Shown here: one piece after another, positions 51,900-62,382 of the stretch
Layout of the letters: each line of letters opens with the position of its first letter
How positions within the stretch are numbered: the first letter of the stretch is position 1
NCBI GenBank assembly: GCA_965198175.1
Contig: OZ240245.1
Coordinates: 2,624,001 to 2,688,000 of the forward strand
DNA length: 64,000 bases
DNA from: Candidatus Poribacteria bacterium
Lineage (GTDB): Bacteria > Poribacteria > WGA-4E > PCPOR2b
Reading direction: 5' to 3'
Notes under the pieces: model-generated
The model's input: only the letters and a program-made list of their open reading frames with translations
Databases searched by the model: none
What the model was told of the DNA's origin: nothing
Program-made: the position numbers and the translations under genes

Positions 51900-52115
51900 T
51901 TGATGATCTCCTCGTGACTCGTTTTGGGTGTATAAAACACGATTGCCAACTGAAGACAAATCTCTAGCCACTGTCCTCTGGTCTTCGTCAAAGGCAAGCG
52001 CAAGAACGACATCTGTGGATAGTGCCTTTGCCGCTGAGAGTAGGGAAACAGCTAGCACGGCGAAAAGCGAAGTCAAACTCATAATCCTCATATTAGAAAT
52101 TCGGCATGGTTCATT

Positions 52116-53903
52116 TTACCGGAAAATCAGTGTCGAATCTTCTCCACCACCAACTGGCAATGCGTGATTGGCTTCTGTGGTGAACAGCAAACGCACCTCC
52201 ATCTCCGGTTTCAGGTCGAACACCAGGATGCCGCGGTAATCGTCCTCGGAGTTGCGGACCCGGACGAATTCGCTTGCGTTGGTTTGGGGTGAACATTGGG
52301 CAAACTCGCGAGGGATGTGCCAGACAGCGAGCTTGTAGTTGGGGAACTCGCGGCCATTTTGTATCCGATAACGGACGTCAAAGCCTGCCTGGTCGATTCT
52401 CGTTTCCATGGTAATCTCCGGGTCGGGCACATCAGTTTCGGGGCGGCTACCGAACTCAGCCGTACGGCGGTGGTCGTCGTACGAGTACCAGAGCATTGGC
52501 TTGGGGCAGGCGTACTCGAAGCGACACTGGTGCACCGAATCTTCATAGTAAATCAACTCGCGAGAGGTCGGCTTGGCCCAAACCGCGGGACGGCGGGCAC
52601 GGATATCTTCAAGCGAATCATTGAAGGGCAAAACATCCCGGTAGGCATCCACACCCAAGTTGCACCACTCCGGGCTCCAGAATCGATCGTACCGCCAGTC
52701 GCGGGTGACCGACGAGAGTATCCGTCTAGGCTGAGGCTCCGGGTGTCTGCGCATGTAGTCGGCGATGTCGGTGCATCGAGCAAAGACAATCGGGTATTTC
52801 CTCGCATGCTCGAACGCGGTGTCATCGAGAAAGCTCTGGCAGAACTCTATCTCCTGTCCCTGCGTCCAATCCGAATCTGGCCACTGTTGCGTCCATTTGG
52901 GATAGCCGAACACGAAAAGCGTCGGGACAAAGACCGGCCCGGAACCGCTGTTCTCGGCGATGAGTACGTGCTCACGCGCTGCCAGGTCCGCGTGCGGTGC
53001 GGCGATTTGCCAGTTGCACATCGAGGCCGCCATGTGGAAATCCGGCGGGCCATGAAAGTGGAACCCGGCGCAGAAATCCATAATCATCCCCAGCGTCTGC
53101 GAAGGCCCTTCTGCGGGAGACAGGAACTCGCGATCGGCCATCCAGTAAGGGAACCATGGGGCGCCCCGGTGGGTTTCGGCCTCGGGGATGATGCCGTCAA
53201 CGACGTCGAAGCCGGCGCGGGCATACTCCTCCACGGCAGAGGGCAGGGCGGTCCAGTCATTGACGGCCCGGTCGACCCTGATTCCTGCCTTTCGCATTCG
53301 CTCCACCACGTCTCCAAGGTGCTCGCGCAAGGCGCGTATACCTTGGTTCTCGACAAGCGACTTCGCACCATAAAATCCGGGCATCAGGAGATCGGCGAAG
53401 ACATCCTGGTATACGAGGAGTTGTTCCAGGTCGCCGTTGCCGTGTTCCAGCGCCGGTTGCAGTCGATCCTCGTCGGTTGGAATGACCCAGTCGATGGGAA
53501 AGCCGCCATTCCGCATTCCGGCAACATGTTCTTTCAGACGAAGCGTACCATAACCCTCCATCCGGTAAACGAGATATTGCTCATCGACCGCTGCGAAATA
53601 GCGGTAGAAGGTTTTCTCCCCGAAGCGCACACGGGCGATATAGTTGCCCGGCCTCTCCGGCGTGTACTCCAGCTCGGCGTAGCAATCGTGAAAGGTAGGT
53701 TCGAGCGGAATGGATGGATTCCCGTCCAGCCACGCCAGCGGCACGCACGAGCGGCGCGCTTGGTCGGGGTCGCACTCCTCCAGGTAACGCGGAAAGATTG
53801 CGAAGTCCATGTCACTGGACATCGATGCATCACCGGTAAGCGTAAATCTGATTCGCTCCCCAACATCTGTCAGTCGGCGGTCCAGTTCAATCGTCCTTAC
53901 CAT
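52116..53903 (-). CDS. Uncharacterised protein, more distant paralogue of 42868/50004
   Basis: RBS GGAGG before MVRTIELDRR; IFPRYLE, PGNYIAR, FYRYF, DFCAGFHFHGP, DIADYMRRH, LVFDLKP. Confidence 0.75.
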   Translation of the reverse strand: MVRTIELDRRLTDVGERIRFTLTGDASMSSDMDFAIFPRYLEECDPDQARRSCVPLAWLDGNPSIPLEPTFHDCYAELEYTPERPGNYIARVRFGEKTFYRYFAAVDEQYLVYRMEGYGTLRLKEHVAGMRNGGFPIDWVIPTDEDRLQPALEHGNGDLEQLLVYQDVFADLLMPGFYGAKSLVENQGIRALREHLGDVVERMRKAGIRVDRAVNDWTALPSAVEEYARAGFDVVDGIIPEAETHRGAPWFPYWMADREFLSPAEGPSQTLGMIMDFCAGFHFHGPPDFHMAASMCNWQIAAPHADLAAREHVLIAENSGSGPVFVPTLFVFGYPKWTQQWPDSDWTQGQEIEFCQSFLDDTAFEHARKYPIVFARCTDIADYMRRHPEPQPRRILSSVTRDWRYDRFWSPEWCNLGVDAYRDVLPFNDSLEDIRARRPAVWAKPTSRELIYYEDSVHQCRFEYACPKPMLWYSYDDHRRTAEFGSRPETDVPDPEITMETRIDQAGFDVRYRIQNGREFPNYKLAVWHIPREFAQCSPQTNASEFVRVRNSEDDYRGILVFDLKPEMEVRLLFTTEANHALPVGGGEDSTLIFR

Positions 53904-53982
53904 GTCTGTGTTGCCTCCATTGTTAGGAGATGAGTTTCTCGGCATCCTTGGGAAGGAGTCCCGTATTTCATCCAGACCGATG

Positions 53983-55746
53983 TCACGGGAGCTGTCCTTC
54001 TCCCTCTTTTGCGCTCAGAAATTGATTCGCCTTGACGCCTTCAAAACGTTCCACCAATCCGCTGGGCCATCGAATCTCCACCACGTCGGCTTGGGATGCC
54101 TCGCCTAGTCCGAAATGCAACCGCATGTCGCTCTGACAAAGGTAACTGGAGCCGCTTTTTACTTCCCGAATTTGTGAGATTCCTCCCGCGATGACTTTGA
54201 CACGGGCGCCAATCCCATCCCGATTACTCTGAGTCCCGATGGTCTTGAGAATCAGCCAGTGATTTGAATTCGCGCTGTCATTCCGAAGGAGGTCCGGCGT
54301 CTGATTGGAATTGGTGATTAAGATGTCAAGGTCGCCATCGTTATCATAATCGCCGAAAGCCGCGCCACGACTCACTTTCTTTAAGTGCAATCCGGTGCCA
54401 CATCCCTCGGCAATCTCATCGAAACCGTCGTCGCCTCGATTTCTGAAGACCTGATTTCGCTGGGCGTAAGTGCTGCTCTCATTGACGCCTCTGTTGATTT
54501 CTTCGGCGTTGTCGTGTACATGTCCGTTCGCTACGAAGAGGTCCAGATAACCATCGTTGTCTAGATCAACGAAATCGACACCCCAGGCGAGATAAGGCAG
54601 GCTCGGTTTCCCAAGACCGGCGGTATAAGTCGTATCCGCAAAAACCGGAGGAAGCCCGGTATTTTCCCCGATCCCGTCATTGTGATGGAGACTGTTTGGT
54701 TCATCCTGGAAGTTCGTCACAACGCGATCTAACCATCCGTCGTTATCATAATCGCCGAAGCTGATGCCCATTCCGCTTAATGGGGTGCCTCTGTCGCTAA
54801 AGGCAACCCCAACGAAAATCCCGACCTCCATAAACGTGCCATCCCCATTGTTCCGATAAAGTGTGTCAGGCGTCGTATCATTCGCTACCGCAAGGTCCGG
54901 ATAGCCGTCGTTGTCATAATCCGCCCAAACGACGCCCAGCCCTTTGCCATTTGAGTTAAAGAATCCCGCCTTCTGAGTGACGTCTGTAAACGTGCCATCG
55001 CCGTTATTCCGATAAAGCACATCCAGCGCCCCCATAAATTGTGCCGGCGGACAATAGGCGCGGAGCCCTCTCTCATAGCAGTCCGGATTGTTCTCCAATT
55101 GATACGCCACATAGTTGGCGACAAATAAGTCTATATCGCCATCGTTGTCATAATCGGCGAAAGCGGCGGAAGTTCCCCAGCGCGGATCGCCGACGCCAGC
55201 ATCAGAGGTTACATCGGTGAAGCTGCCGTCACCGTTGTTATGATACAGAAGATTTGCGCCGAAATTCGTGACATAAAGGTCGGAGAAGCCGTCGTTATCG
55301 TAATCACCAGCGCAGCAACCAAAACCATATCCCGCATCGCCGACGCCAGCATCAGAGGTCACATCGGTGAAGCTGCCATCGCCGTTGTTGCGATATAGTA
55401 GGTTGGTGGGCGGCACATCTGAGCGCATCTCCGGCAAATCCGCGCCGTTGACAAAATAAATGTCCAAATCTCCATCTTCGTCATAATCAAACCACGCGGC
55501 TCCGGAGCCAAGGGTCTCAACAAAATATTTCTCTCCGCTGCGGCCATCTGTGTGCTGAAAGTGTATGCCAGTCACCCGGCATGAGGAATCCACAAGCGGA
55601 ACTTGACCGGTGACTTCAGTGAAGTGGAATTGCGCGCACACTGGCAAGCCAGAAACCCAGAAGGCAAGCAAACCAATTGCGGGAAATATGAAACCTGCAT
55701 GGATTAACTTGCGTCCTTCCTTCCCTGTCCTCATTCCTTCCCTCAT
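53983..55746 (-). CDS. CRTAC1/ASPIC-UnbV family FG-GAP repeat protein
   Basis: Multiple DYDNDGxxDL and LYRNNGDGTFTDVT repeats; NRDGIGARV, SYLCQSDMRLHFGLG, IRWPSG. Confidence 0.93.
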   Translation of the reverse strand: MREGMRTGKEGRKLIHAGFIFPAIGLLAFWVSGLPVCAQFHFTEVTGQVPLVDSSCRVTGIHFQHTDGRSGEKYFVETLGSGAAWFDYDEDGDLDIYFVNGADLPEMRSDVPPTNLLYRNNGDGSFTDVTSDAGVGDAGYGFGCCAGDYDNDGFSDLYVTNFGANLLYHNNGDGSFTDVTSDAGVGDPRWGTSAAFADYDNDGDIDLFVANYVAYQLENNPDCYERGLRAYCPPAQFMGALDVLYRNNGDGTFTDVTQKAGFFNSNGKGLGVVWADYDNDGYPDLAVANDTTPDTLYRNNGDGTFMEVGIFVGVAFSDRGTPLSGMGISFGDYDNDGWLDRVVTNFQDEPNSLHHNDGIGENTGLPPVFADTTYTAGLGKPSLPYLAWGVDFVDLDNDGYLDLFVANGHVHDNAEEINRGVNESSTYAQRNQVFRNRGDDGFDEIAEGCGTGLHLKKVSRGAAFGDYDNDGDLDILITNSNQTPDLLRNDSANSNHWLILKTIGTQSNRDGIGARVKVIAGGISQIREVKSGSSYLCQSDMRLHFGLGEASQADVVEIRWPSGLVERFEGVKANQFLSAKEGEGQLP

Positions 55747-57722
55747 TTCCTCGACGATCGCTCATTCCCCATGGCTTGTTGAACGGATTTGAGTCCTCGT
55801 TGGTAGAGCCGATTATCGGGTTGCAACATGAGTGCTTTTTTGATGGCGCCCTCTGCCTGCACATAATCTTTGTTGATGTAATACAGCCATGACAGGGTAT
55901 TGAGATAAGCCGCCGAGATGGGTTGAAGCTCCACGGCTTTCTCGGCAAGTTCCACCGCCTTGTTGATGTGACTGCCCGTCTGTCCGTATAGGTGTGCTAA
56001 CCGTTCATAAGCTCTGTGGAAGGAAGGCTGAATCTCGATAACTCTCTGATATGCTTTCTCTGCCAGCTCAAACTGATTCTGTTCACCATAGATTTTACCA
56101 AGGAAGTAATGCGCCTCAGCCATATCGGGTTGGACTTTTAGCGCAGCTTTATAGTGTTCGACAGCTTCATCGAGCCGGCCCTCCCTAATCGCAATGAAGC
56201 CCAGATTATAAAAGGCTTCGGCGAGCTCCGGTTTTTGCTTGAGTGCTTCCTGATAATGCCGAATAGCCTGTGGGAATTTCTCTTGACGCAAATAGATTTT
56301 GCCCAAATCTAGATGAATCCTGCTTCGCGGGATTTCGCCCAGTTTGACCTGCGGGTGATTCGACCGAATCGATAACAATTTTTTATAAGCCTTTTCAGCT
56401 TCCGCAAGACGAGCAAGTTTGGTGGCAATATTGCCCAGGTTCAGCAGGGCTTCTGGGAACTCGGGTTTCAATTCCGTTGCCTTGCGATACGCCGAAAAGG
56501 CTAATTCATAATCCCCCTCGCTTTGAGAAACTTCAGCCTCCTTCATCCGAATGAGTCCCACCCCCGCGTATGCTTCAGCCATCTGAGGTTTTAACTGGAT
56601 CGCCATCTCTTGAGCCTGGATTGCTTTCTCAAGTCGCCCTTGCATCGTATAAGCATAGCCGATTCCGTTGTGTGCCTCCGCGAGATTCGGGTTGTGCCAG
56701 AGTGCTTTCTTATACTCCTGAATCGCCACGTCGTATTTCTTCTCATTTAAGTACTGCCGGGCGAGGTTGGAAAGGACGGGGGCTTTGTCTTTGTTCAGCA
56801 TCAGGGCTAACCGCTGCTCCTGGAGTTGTTCCAGTAATTTGTTAAGTTGCTGAGATAGCGCTATCTCCTTTGCCGCTTCTGCCTGTTTGCCCTGTCTGAA
56901 ATACAATAACCCCAACTGATAGTGGGCGTGCCCCATCTGAGGTCTAATGCGAATGGCATGGCGGAATGCTTTCTCCGCCGCCTCCCATTCCTTTTTTTGA
57001 ACATGAACCAACCCAAGCTGAAAATACGCCTCCGCAAATTGGGGTTCTATGCGGATAACTTGATGGCAGTACTCGGCTGCCTTGTCAGAAAGACGGTGTT
57101 CGAACGAGATAAGGCTAAGATAGTATATTATACCGCCTTGCAGCATCGGAGCCACTTTATTCATCCATCCCTGGTTCTCTTTTTCGAAGATGGTCGGTGG
57201 TGCAAATCGACGGCGATACGATTTCGACAATGTCATCAGCGAAAGCGCATTCTCGAAAGCGACTTTAGCCTCATCATATTTGTATGTCCGAAAATAGGAC
57301 AATCCCAACTCCGCATACGCATCGCCCCAGTTGGGAAGCAAACCGACTGCACTCTGAAAAGAGGGAATTGATTTCTCAAATTTGCCCTGGAAGTAGTCGA
57401 TTCGTCCCAGCCAATAGTGTCCTTCAGCAGACTCCGCATCCAAACGGAGCACCTCCCGGAACGTCTCCGTGGCTTGTTCCATCGCATCCAGCGCCAGATA
57501 GGCGAAACCGAGATTCATATAGGCTTCTATCGACGTCGGATGTTCATCCACTGCCTTCTGGTATTTCGCCACGACCTGGCCGAAATCGAACCCTTCACGT
57601 CCCTGGCCTAGAGCCACCTGGCAAAGCCCCATCAAGATGACCAAAGTCAAAGCCACAACCTTACAACTGAAATATCTTCTGAGAGGCAACCAAATAACCG
57701 AGAACATGATTGACTTTCGCAT
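55743..57722 (-). CDS. Secreted TPR-repeat protein
   Basis: Signal-like N-terminus and many AEAYxNLG...A..LxP repeats. Overlaps the downstream start (ATGA). Confidence 0.9.
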   Translation of the reverse strand: MRKSIMFSVIWLPLRRYFSCKVVALTLVILMGLCQVALGQGREGFDFGQVVAKYQKAVDEHPTSIEAYMNLGFAYLALDAMEQATETFREVLRLDAESAEGHYWLGRIDYFQGKFEKSIPSFQSAVGLLPNWGDAYAELGLSYFRTYKYDEAKVAFENALSLMTLSKSYRRRFAPPTIFEKENQGWMNKVAPMLQGGIIYYLSLISFEHRLSDKAAEYCHQVIRIEPQFAEAYFQLGLVHVQKKEWEAAEKAFRHAIRIRPQMGHAHYQLGLLYFRQGKQAEAAKEIALSQQLNKLLEQLQEQRLALMLNKDKAPVLSNLARQYLNEKKYDVAIQEYKKALWHNPNLAEAHNGIGYAYTMQGRLEKAIQAQEMAIQLKPQMAEAYAGVGLIRMKEAEVSQSEGDYELAFSAYRKATELKPEFPEALLNLGNIATKLARLAEAEKAYKKLLSIRSNHPQVKLGEIPRSRIHLDLGKIYLRQEKFPQAIRHYQEALKQKPELAEAFYNLGFIAIREGRLDEAVEHYKAALKVQPDMAEAHYFLGKIYGEQNQFELAEKAYQRVIEIQPSFHRAYERLAHLYGQTGSHINKAVELAEKAVELQPISAAYLNTLSWLYYINKDYVQAEGAIKKALMLQPDNRLYQRGLKSVQQAMGNERSSRK

Positions 57723-57723
57723 A

Positions 57724-57762
57724 AAACAAAAATAACCCTACCTCAAAAGCATCGAGATAGGG
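57724..57762 (-). terminator. Intrinsic terminator-like hairpin directly upstream of the TPR gene
   Basis: Minus strand AACCCTATCTC-loop-GAGGTAGGGTT followed by ATTTTTGTTTT. Confidence 0.55.
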
Positions 57763-57887
57763 TTGTCAACAGAACGACCTTCGAGGATCCCTTCGGCGAG
57801 TATCATGCTTCAATCGTATTGTCTAGCGGATTTGGTCGAGGAGTTTTCTTAGAGCGTTGCTGCACCACTGTTCTCCCAACTTTGTGC

Positions 57888-57959
57888 TTGACGCTGCCTG
57901 TGGGGAATGCTATAGTAAATCGTGTTTTTTATTGTATCAGTTTCTGGACATTTATTCAA
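57888..57959. promoter_or_regulatory. Face-to-face sigma70-like promoters
   Basis: Plus: TTGACG-N17-TATAGT (57888-57916, extended TG). Minus: TTGAAT-N17-TACAAT (57959-57931, extended TG). Confidence 0.5.
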
Positions 57960-58459
57960 CAGGATTATGTGGCAAAAACGGTGTATTGAAGTGAAGTGAC
58001 CCCATTATTCTGGACACGAAATTTGCAATGTTAAGAAGGTATTTTTAGTTTTAACTTGCTGCTTGTGGTTTTTACTGTATGATTGGTTTCGGGAGTTGAT
58101 TCTATTTCAAATTTGTTATGCTGTAGCGAAACCCAACGTTTTTTCTGTCTATTGTTGTGAAGCGGTCAAGAAATGAGCATTCTCAACTTATTTTTTCAAA
58201 TGCTCACAAATGCTCAATGCCCGAAACCCGTATCCTGTCTAGCATTAAGCCCTATTTGGTACTTTTTTACATATACCAAATGCTCACATAATAAGTAGAT
58301 TTTGAAATTGTCAATTTCTGGTCTTTACACGGGCCGCTTTAATCGCAAAGCCCTCTGCCTTCCCAAGGGCTAAACTACTGGACATCAGCTAAAATTCTCC
58401 CCCTTGCCAAGGGGGAGCGAGAGGGGGTCAGGTACTTTTCACCTCAGAGAATCTAAAGA

Positions 58460-61400
58460 ATGAAAACATCCAAAGACAAAATCAAGACTGCCCTACAACG
58501 CTTCACCGATGGGAATCTCGCCGAAAACGCCCGACACCTCCTCAATGTCCTCGGCTACCACAGCCAAAGAATCATGGACCTGGAACCGAACACCGCCGAA
58601 GAGTTTCTCTCCGCTTTCAATCTTGATAACAAGATCAACGATAAACTGGCGTTGCTACAAGAATGGGAATCGGTTGACCTCCTGTTTCAACTAATGGGCG
58701 AACAAATCAGTGACAATGGACAAGTCGATATCGACTTCAGAGAGGTCGACATTGATAGGGAACGCGATAAATCCTACCTCTTTTTCGCCCTCAAGCTGTG
58801 CCAAAGCCACTACACGCGCACGCAACTCGCCCAAATCACCCGTGAAATTAACAAACCGTTCAAAATGCCGGTGATGATTCTTTTTCAACACGGGGATACG
58901 CTCACATTTGCGGTTATTGATAGCAGGTTGGATAAGCGCAAAAAAGACGAATTTGTCCTCGAAAAGACGACGCTCATTAAAGATATCAACTTCGCCAACC
59001 CGCACCGTGCGCATATCGACATCCTGTTCGACCTCTCAATCGCCGCACTGTATGAGAGGCACAAGTTCAAAGATTTCCGGCAACTTCATGAAGCGTGGAA
59101 AAAGACGCTTGATACTTCGGAACTCAACAAACGCTTCTACAGTGAGATTGCGGACTGGTATTTCTGGGCAGTGAATCAGGTGACTTTCCCAGAGGACGCG
59201 GAGGAAGATGTCGAGGTGCGTAATTCCACCAGCGTAATCCGTCTGATTACACGACTAATTTTCGTCTGGTTCATAAAGGAAAAGGGGCTGGTGTCCAATG
59301 ACCTCTTCGATCATGAGAAAGTCAGAGAATTCCTTGTTACCGCCGACCCGCAAGAGAGCACCTACTACAAAGCGATTCTCCAAAACCTGTTCTTCGCCAC
59401 ACTCAATCAGGAGATGAACACTGAACAAAAATCCAATAACCGCAAGTTCAGGAATCGGGCTAAGCAATCCGGCAGTCGCGATCAAAACTACATGGCGCAT
59501 TCCTTGTACCGCTATGAGGAATACTTCAAGGACAAAGAAAGAGCGCTCGACATTTTTGGTGGGATTCCCTTCCTTAACGGCGGTCTGTTCGAGTGTCTCG
59601 ACAAGGAGGACAAAGACGACCCTAAGAAGGTTCTACGTGTAGACGGCTTTTCCGACAATCGCAAAAACCCGGTGAATGTCCCCAACTTCCTGTTTTTTTC
59701 CGATGAACAGAGTGTTGACCTTAACGCCGCCTACGGCACACGCGGTAGGGGTTACAAGGTGCGCGGTCTAATCAAAATTCTCGACAGCTACAAATTCACC
59801 ATTGCTGAGAACACGCCGATTGAGGAGGAGGTCGCCCTCGACCCAGAGCTGCTCGGCAAAGTCTTTGAAAACCTGCTCGCTGCTTACAACCCCGAAACCG
59901 GCGCCTCCGCCCGCAAGCAGAGCGGCTCCTACTACACTCCCCGCGAGATTGTCAACTACATGACCGATGAATCACTGATCGCCTACCTGAAACACAAGTG
60001 TATCGCCTACCACGAATCCCAAACCGCTCCCTCTCCAACCGCGCCGCCTGCACAACTGGATCTCAGCGGTCGCGCAGAACCCGTACAAACACAGATTGAC
60101 ACGCAAAGACTGGCGTTGTCTGATGAGCAAAAAGACCGAATAGAGGCGAATCTCCGGAATCTGCTCGCCTATAACGATGAGCCGCACCGATTTAACGACG
60201 ATGAAACAGAGGCGCTGATAAACGCAGTTGACACGCTCAAAATACTTGACCCCGCCTGCGGTTCCGGCGCCTTCCCAATGGGAGTGCTGCACAAGCTGGT
60301 GTTCATGCTCGGCAAACTCGACCCGCGCAACCAGCAGTGGCGGCACCGGCAAATTGACAAAGTGAATCGCACCATTGAAACCGCGGAAAAGATTGACGAC
60401 AGCACGGTACGTGAGAATACCATCCGCGACATAGAGCGCGAAATTGACAATATCAATGAGGCGTTTGAACGGAATGAATTGGACTACGGGCGGAAACTCT
60501 ACTTGATCGAAAACTGCATTTACGGCGTGGACATTCAGCCCATCGCCGTGCAGATTGCCAAACTCCGCTTCTTTATTTCGCTCGTCGTGGATCAGAAGAT
60601 GGACGACTCACGGGAAAATCGCGGCGTTCGTCCGCTGCCGAATCTAGAAACCAAAGTTTGTGGCAGCAAACACACTGATTGATATCACTGGACAACGGAC
60701 GCTCCGAAGTTCAGAGATTCGGAAAAGAGAAGATGAACTGCAAGAGGTTCGGCGGAGACACTTCACGGCACGCACTCCAGGGACAAAAAAGCGCTATCGC
60801 GAGCGCGATGCAGAACTCCGTGCAGAAATTAGTGAAATACTAAGTGATTTAGGACTGTCAGGTGAGACAGCACGCGAAATTGCTGCTTGGGACCCCTATG
60901 ACCAGAATTCCGTCGCTCACTTTTTTAATCCGGAATGGATGTTCAGCATTATGGACGGATTTGAGGTCGTGATCGGCAATCCGCCGTATGTCCGTCAGGA
61001 GAAAATTAAAGCACTGAAACCGACGCTAAAAACCCTATACGACTGTTATTCTGGTGTAGCCGATCTCTACGTCTATTTCTATGAACAGGGCGTCAGGTTG
61101 CTTCGAAACAATGGAGTCTTGACCTACATTTCTTCGAATAAGTATTTCCGATCTACCTACGGCAAGAAACTTCGTGGTTTTCTCACCCGTCATTGTACTT
61201 TTTCCAATATCATTGACTTTGGTGCGGGGCGCGTATTTGCGGCAGGTGTAGATACAAGCATTATCACGATGTCCAAAGCCCCTTCCAATGAGAACCATCT
61301 AAGCGCTCTGAATTGGGAACTGGGGCAGTCCGTTGACGATTTTCGAACAGTTTTTCGTGCACAGGGATTCACTATGCCACAAAATGCCCTAACCGCTGGC

Positions 61401-62261
61401 GGTTGGCGGCTTGCATCACCCACGGCATTGAATCTGTTCGATAATCTCCGCAAAGGAGGTACACCGTTGGGTGAGTATGTCCAGGGGCGGTTATATATGG
61501 GTATCAAAACAGGATTGAATGAAGCCTATGTTGTGAACAACGAAACACGAAATAAACTCATTGCGGAACATCCATCCTCCACTCATGTGTTAGAGCCGTT
61601 TTTGCGTGGGCGTGATGTGAAACGCTGGGGGGTGAATTTTGCCGAGCAGTACCTCATCAAAATTGAATCGTCGGAAAACCGGGCGCATCCGTGGTCAGGT
61701 CAATCTCCGGTAGAAGCAGAAGAGGTCTTTGCCAATACTTATCCTGCCATCCACGCGCATTTTGAACCTTTTCGGGACCAACTGATTGACCGATACGATC
61801 AGGGTAAATACTTCTGGGAGTTACGAGCGTGTGCGTATTGGAAGATGTTTGAGCAAACAAAGATTGTTTATCCTGACCTATACCAACAGCAAAGTTTCAC
61901 AGTTGATACGACAGGTTTTTATTGTGGTAATACCTGCTATTTTCTACCCACAGCGAAAACTTGGCTATGTGGTTTATTCAATTCACAAGCTGTGGAGTGG
62001 TTTTATTCACTAGTCTCGAACAGATTGGGAGGGGCCGCACTTCGCGCATTTAGCGACTACATGAAGCAAATTCCCATCCCCAATGCCACGACAGCGCAGA
62101 AAACATCTATCAGTAACCTCGTGAATCAAATCATCGCCGCCAAACACACCGACCCAGACGTGGACATAAGTGCGCTTGAAAATGAGATCGATCAGATAGT
62201 ATACACTTTGTACAATCTAACTCCCGAAGAAATTGCGATTGTGGGGGAAAATACTGTCTGA
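58460..62261 (+). pseudogene. Type IIG (Eco57I-like) restriction-modification enzyme/N6-adenine methyltransferase with TaqI-like C-terminal TRD, one frameshift
   Basis: PFLNGGLF, GSYYTPREIV, DPACGSGAF, IYGVDIQ in the first piece; GNPPYVRQE, DLYVYF, FLRGRDVKRW in the second. One extra base at ~60653-60656 breaks LPNLETKFVAAN. Sequencing error is possible. Confidence 0.85.
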
Positions 62262-62372
62262 ATCACGGATTAAACAGATGAAGCGGATTGCGCAGATAAA
62301 ATGTGTATCAGCCTTTTCGCTGGTTTTAATCCGTGAAATCCTTTAATCCGTGGCAATCCGCGATTCAGACAG
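62254..62372. repeat. Palindromic intergenic element
   Basis: CTGTCTGAATCACGGATT ... AATCCGCGATTCAGACAG with internal GGATT/AATCC repeats. It contains the stop codon of the RM gene. Confidence 0.75.
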
Positions 62373-62382
62373 AGAAAAGAAT

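Noticed and set aside
52296..53933. 545-aa plus-strand ORF
   Set aside because: Antisense shadow of the GC-rich 52116 gene, which has clear paralogues.
57992..58016. TGAAGTGACCCCATTATTCTGGACA resembling an IS3-family end (similar hints at ~7215 and ~36050)
   Set aside because: No partner IR or transposase is present, so it is too short to call.
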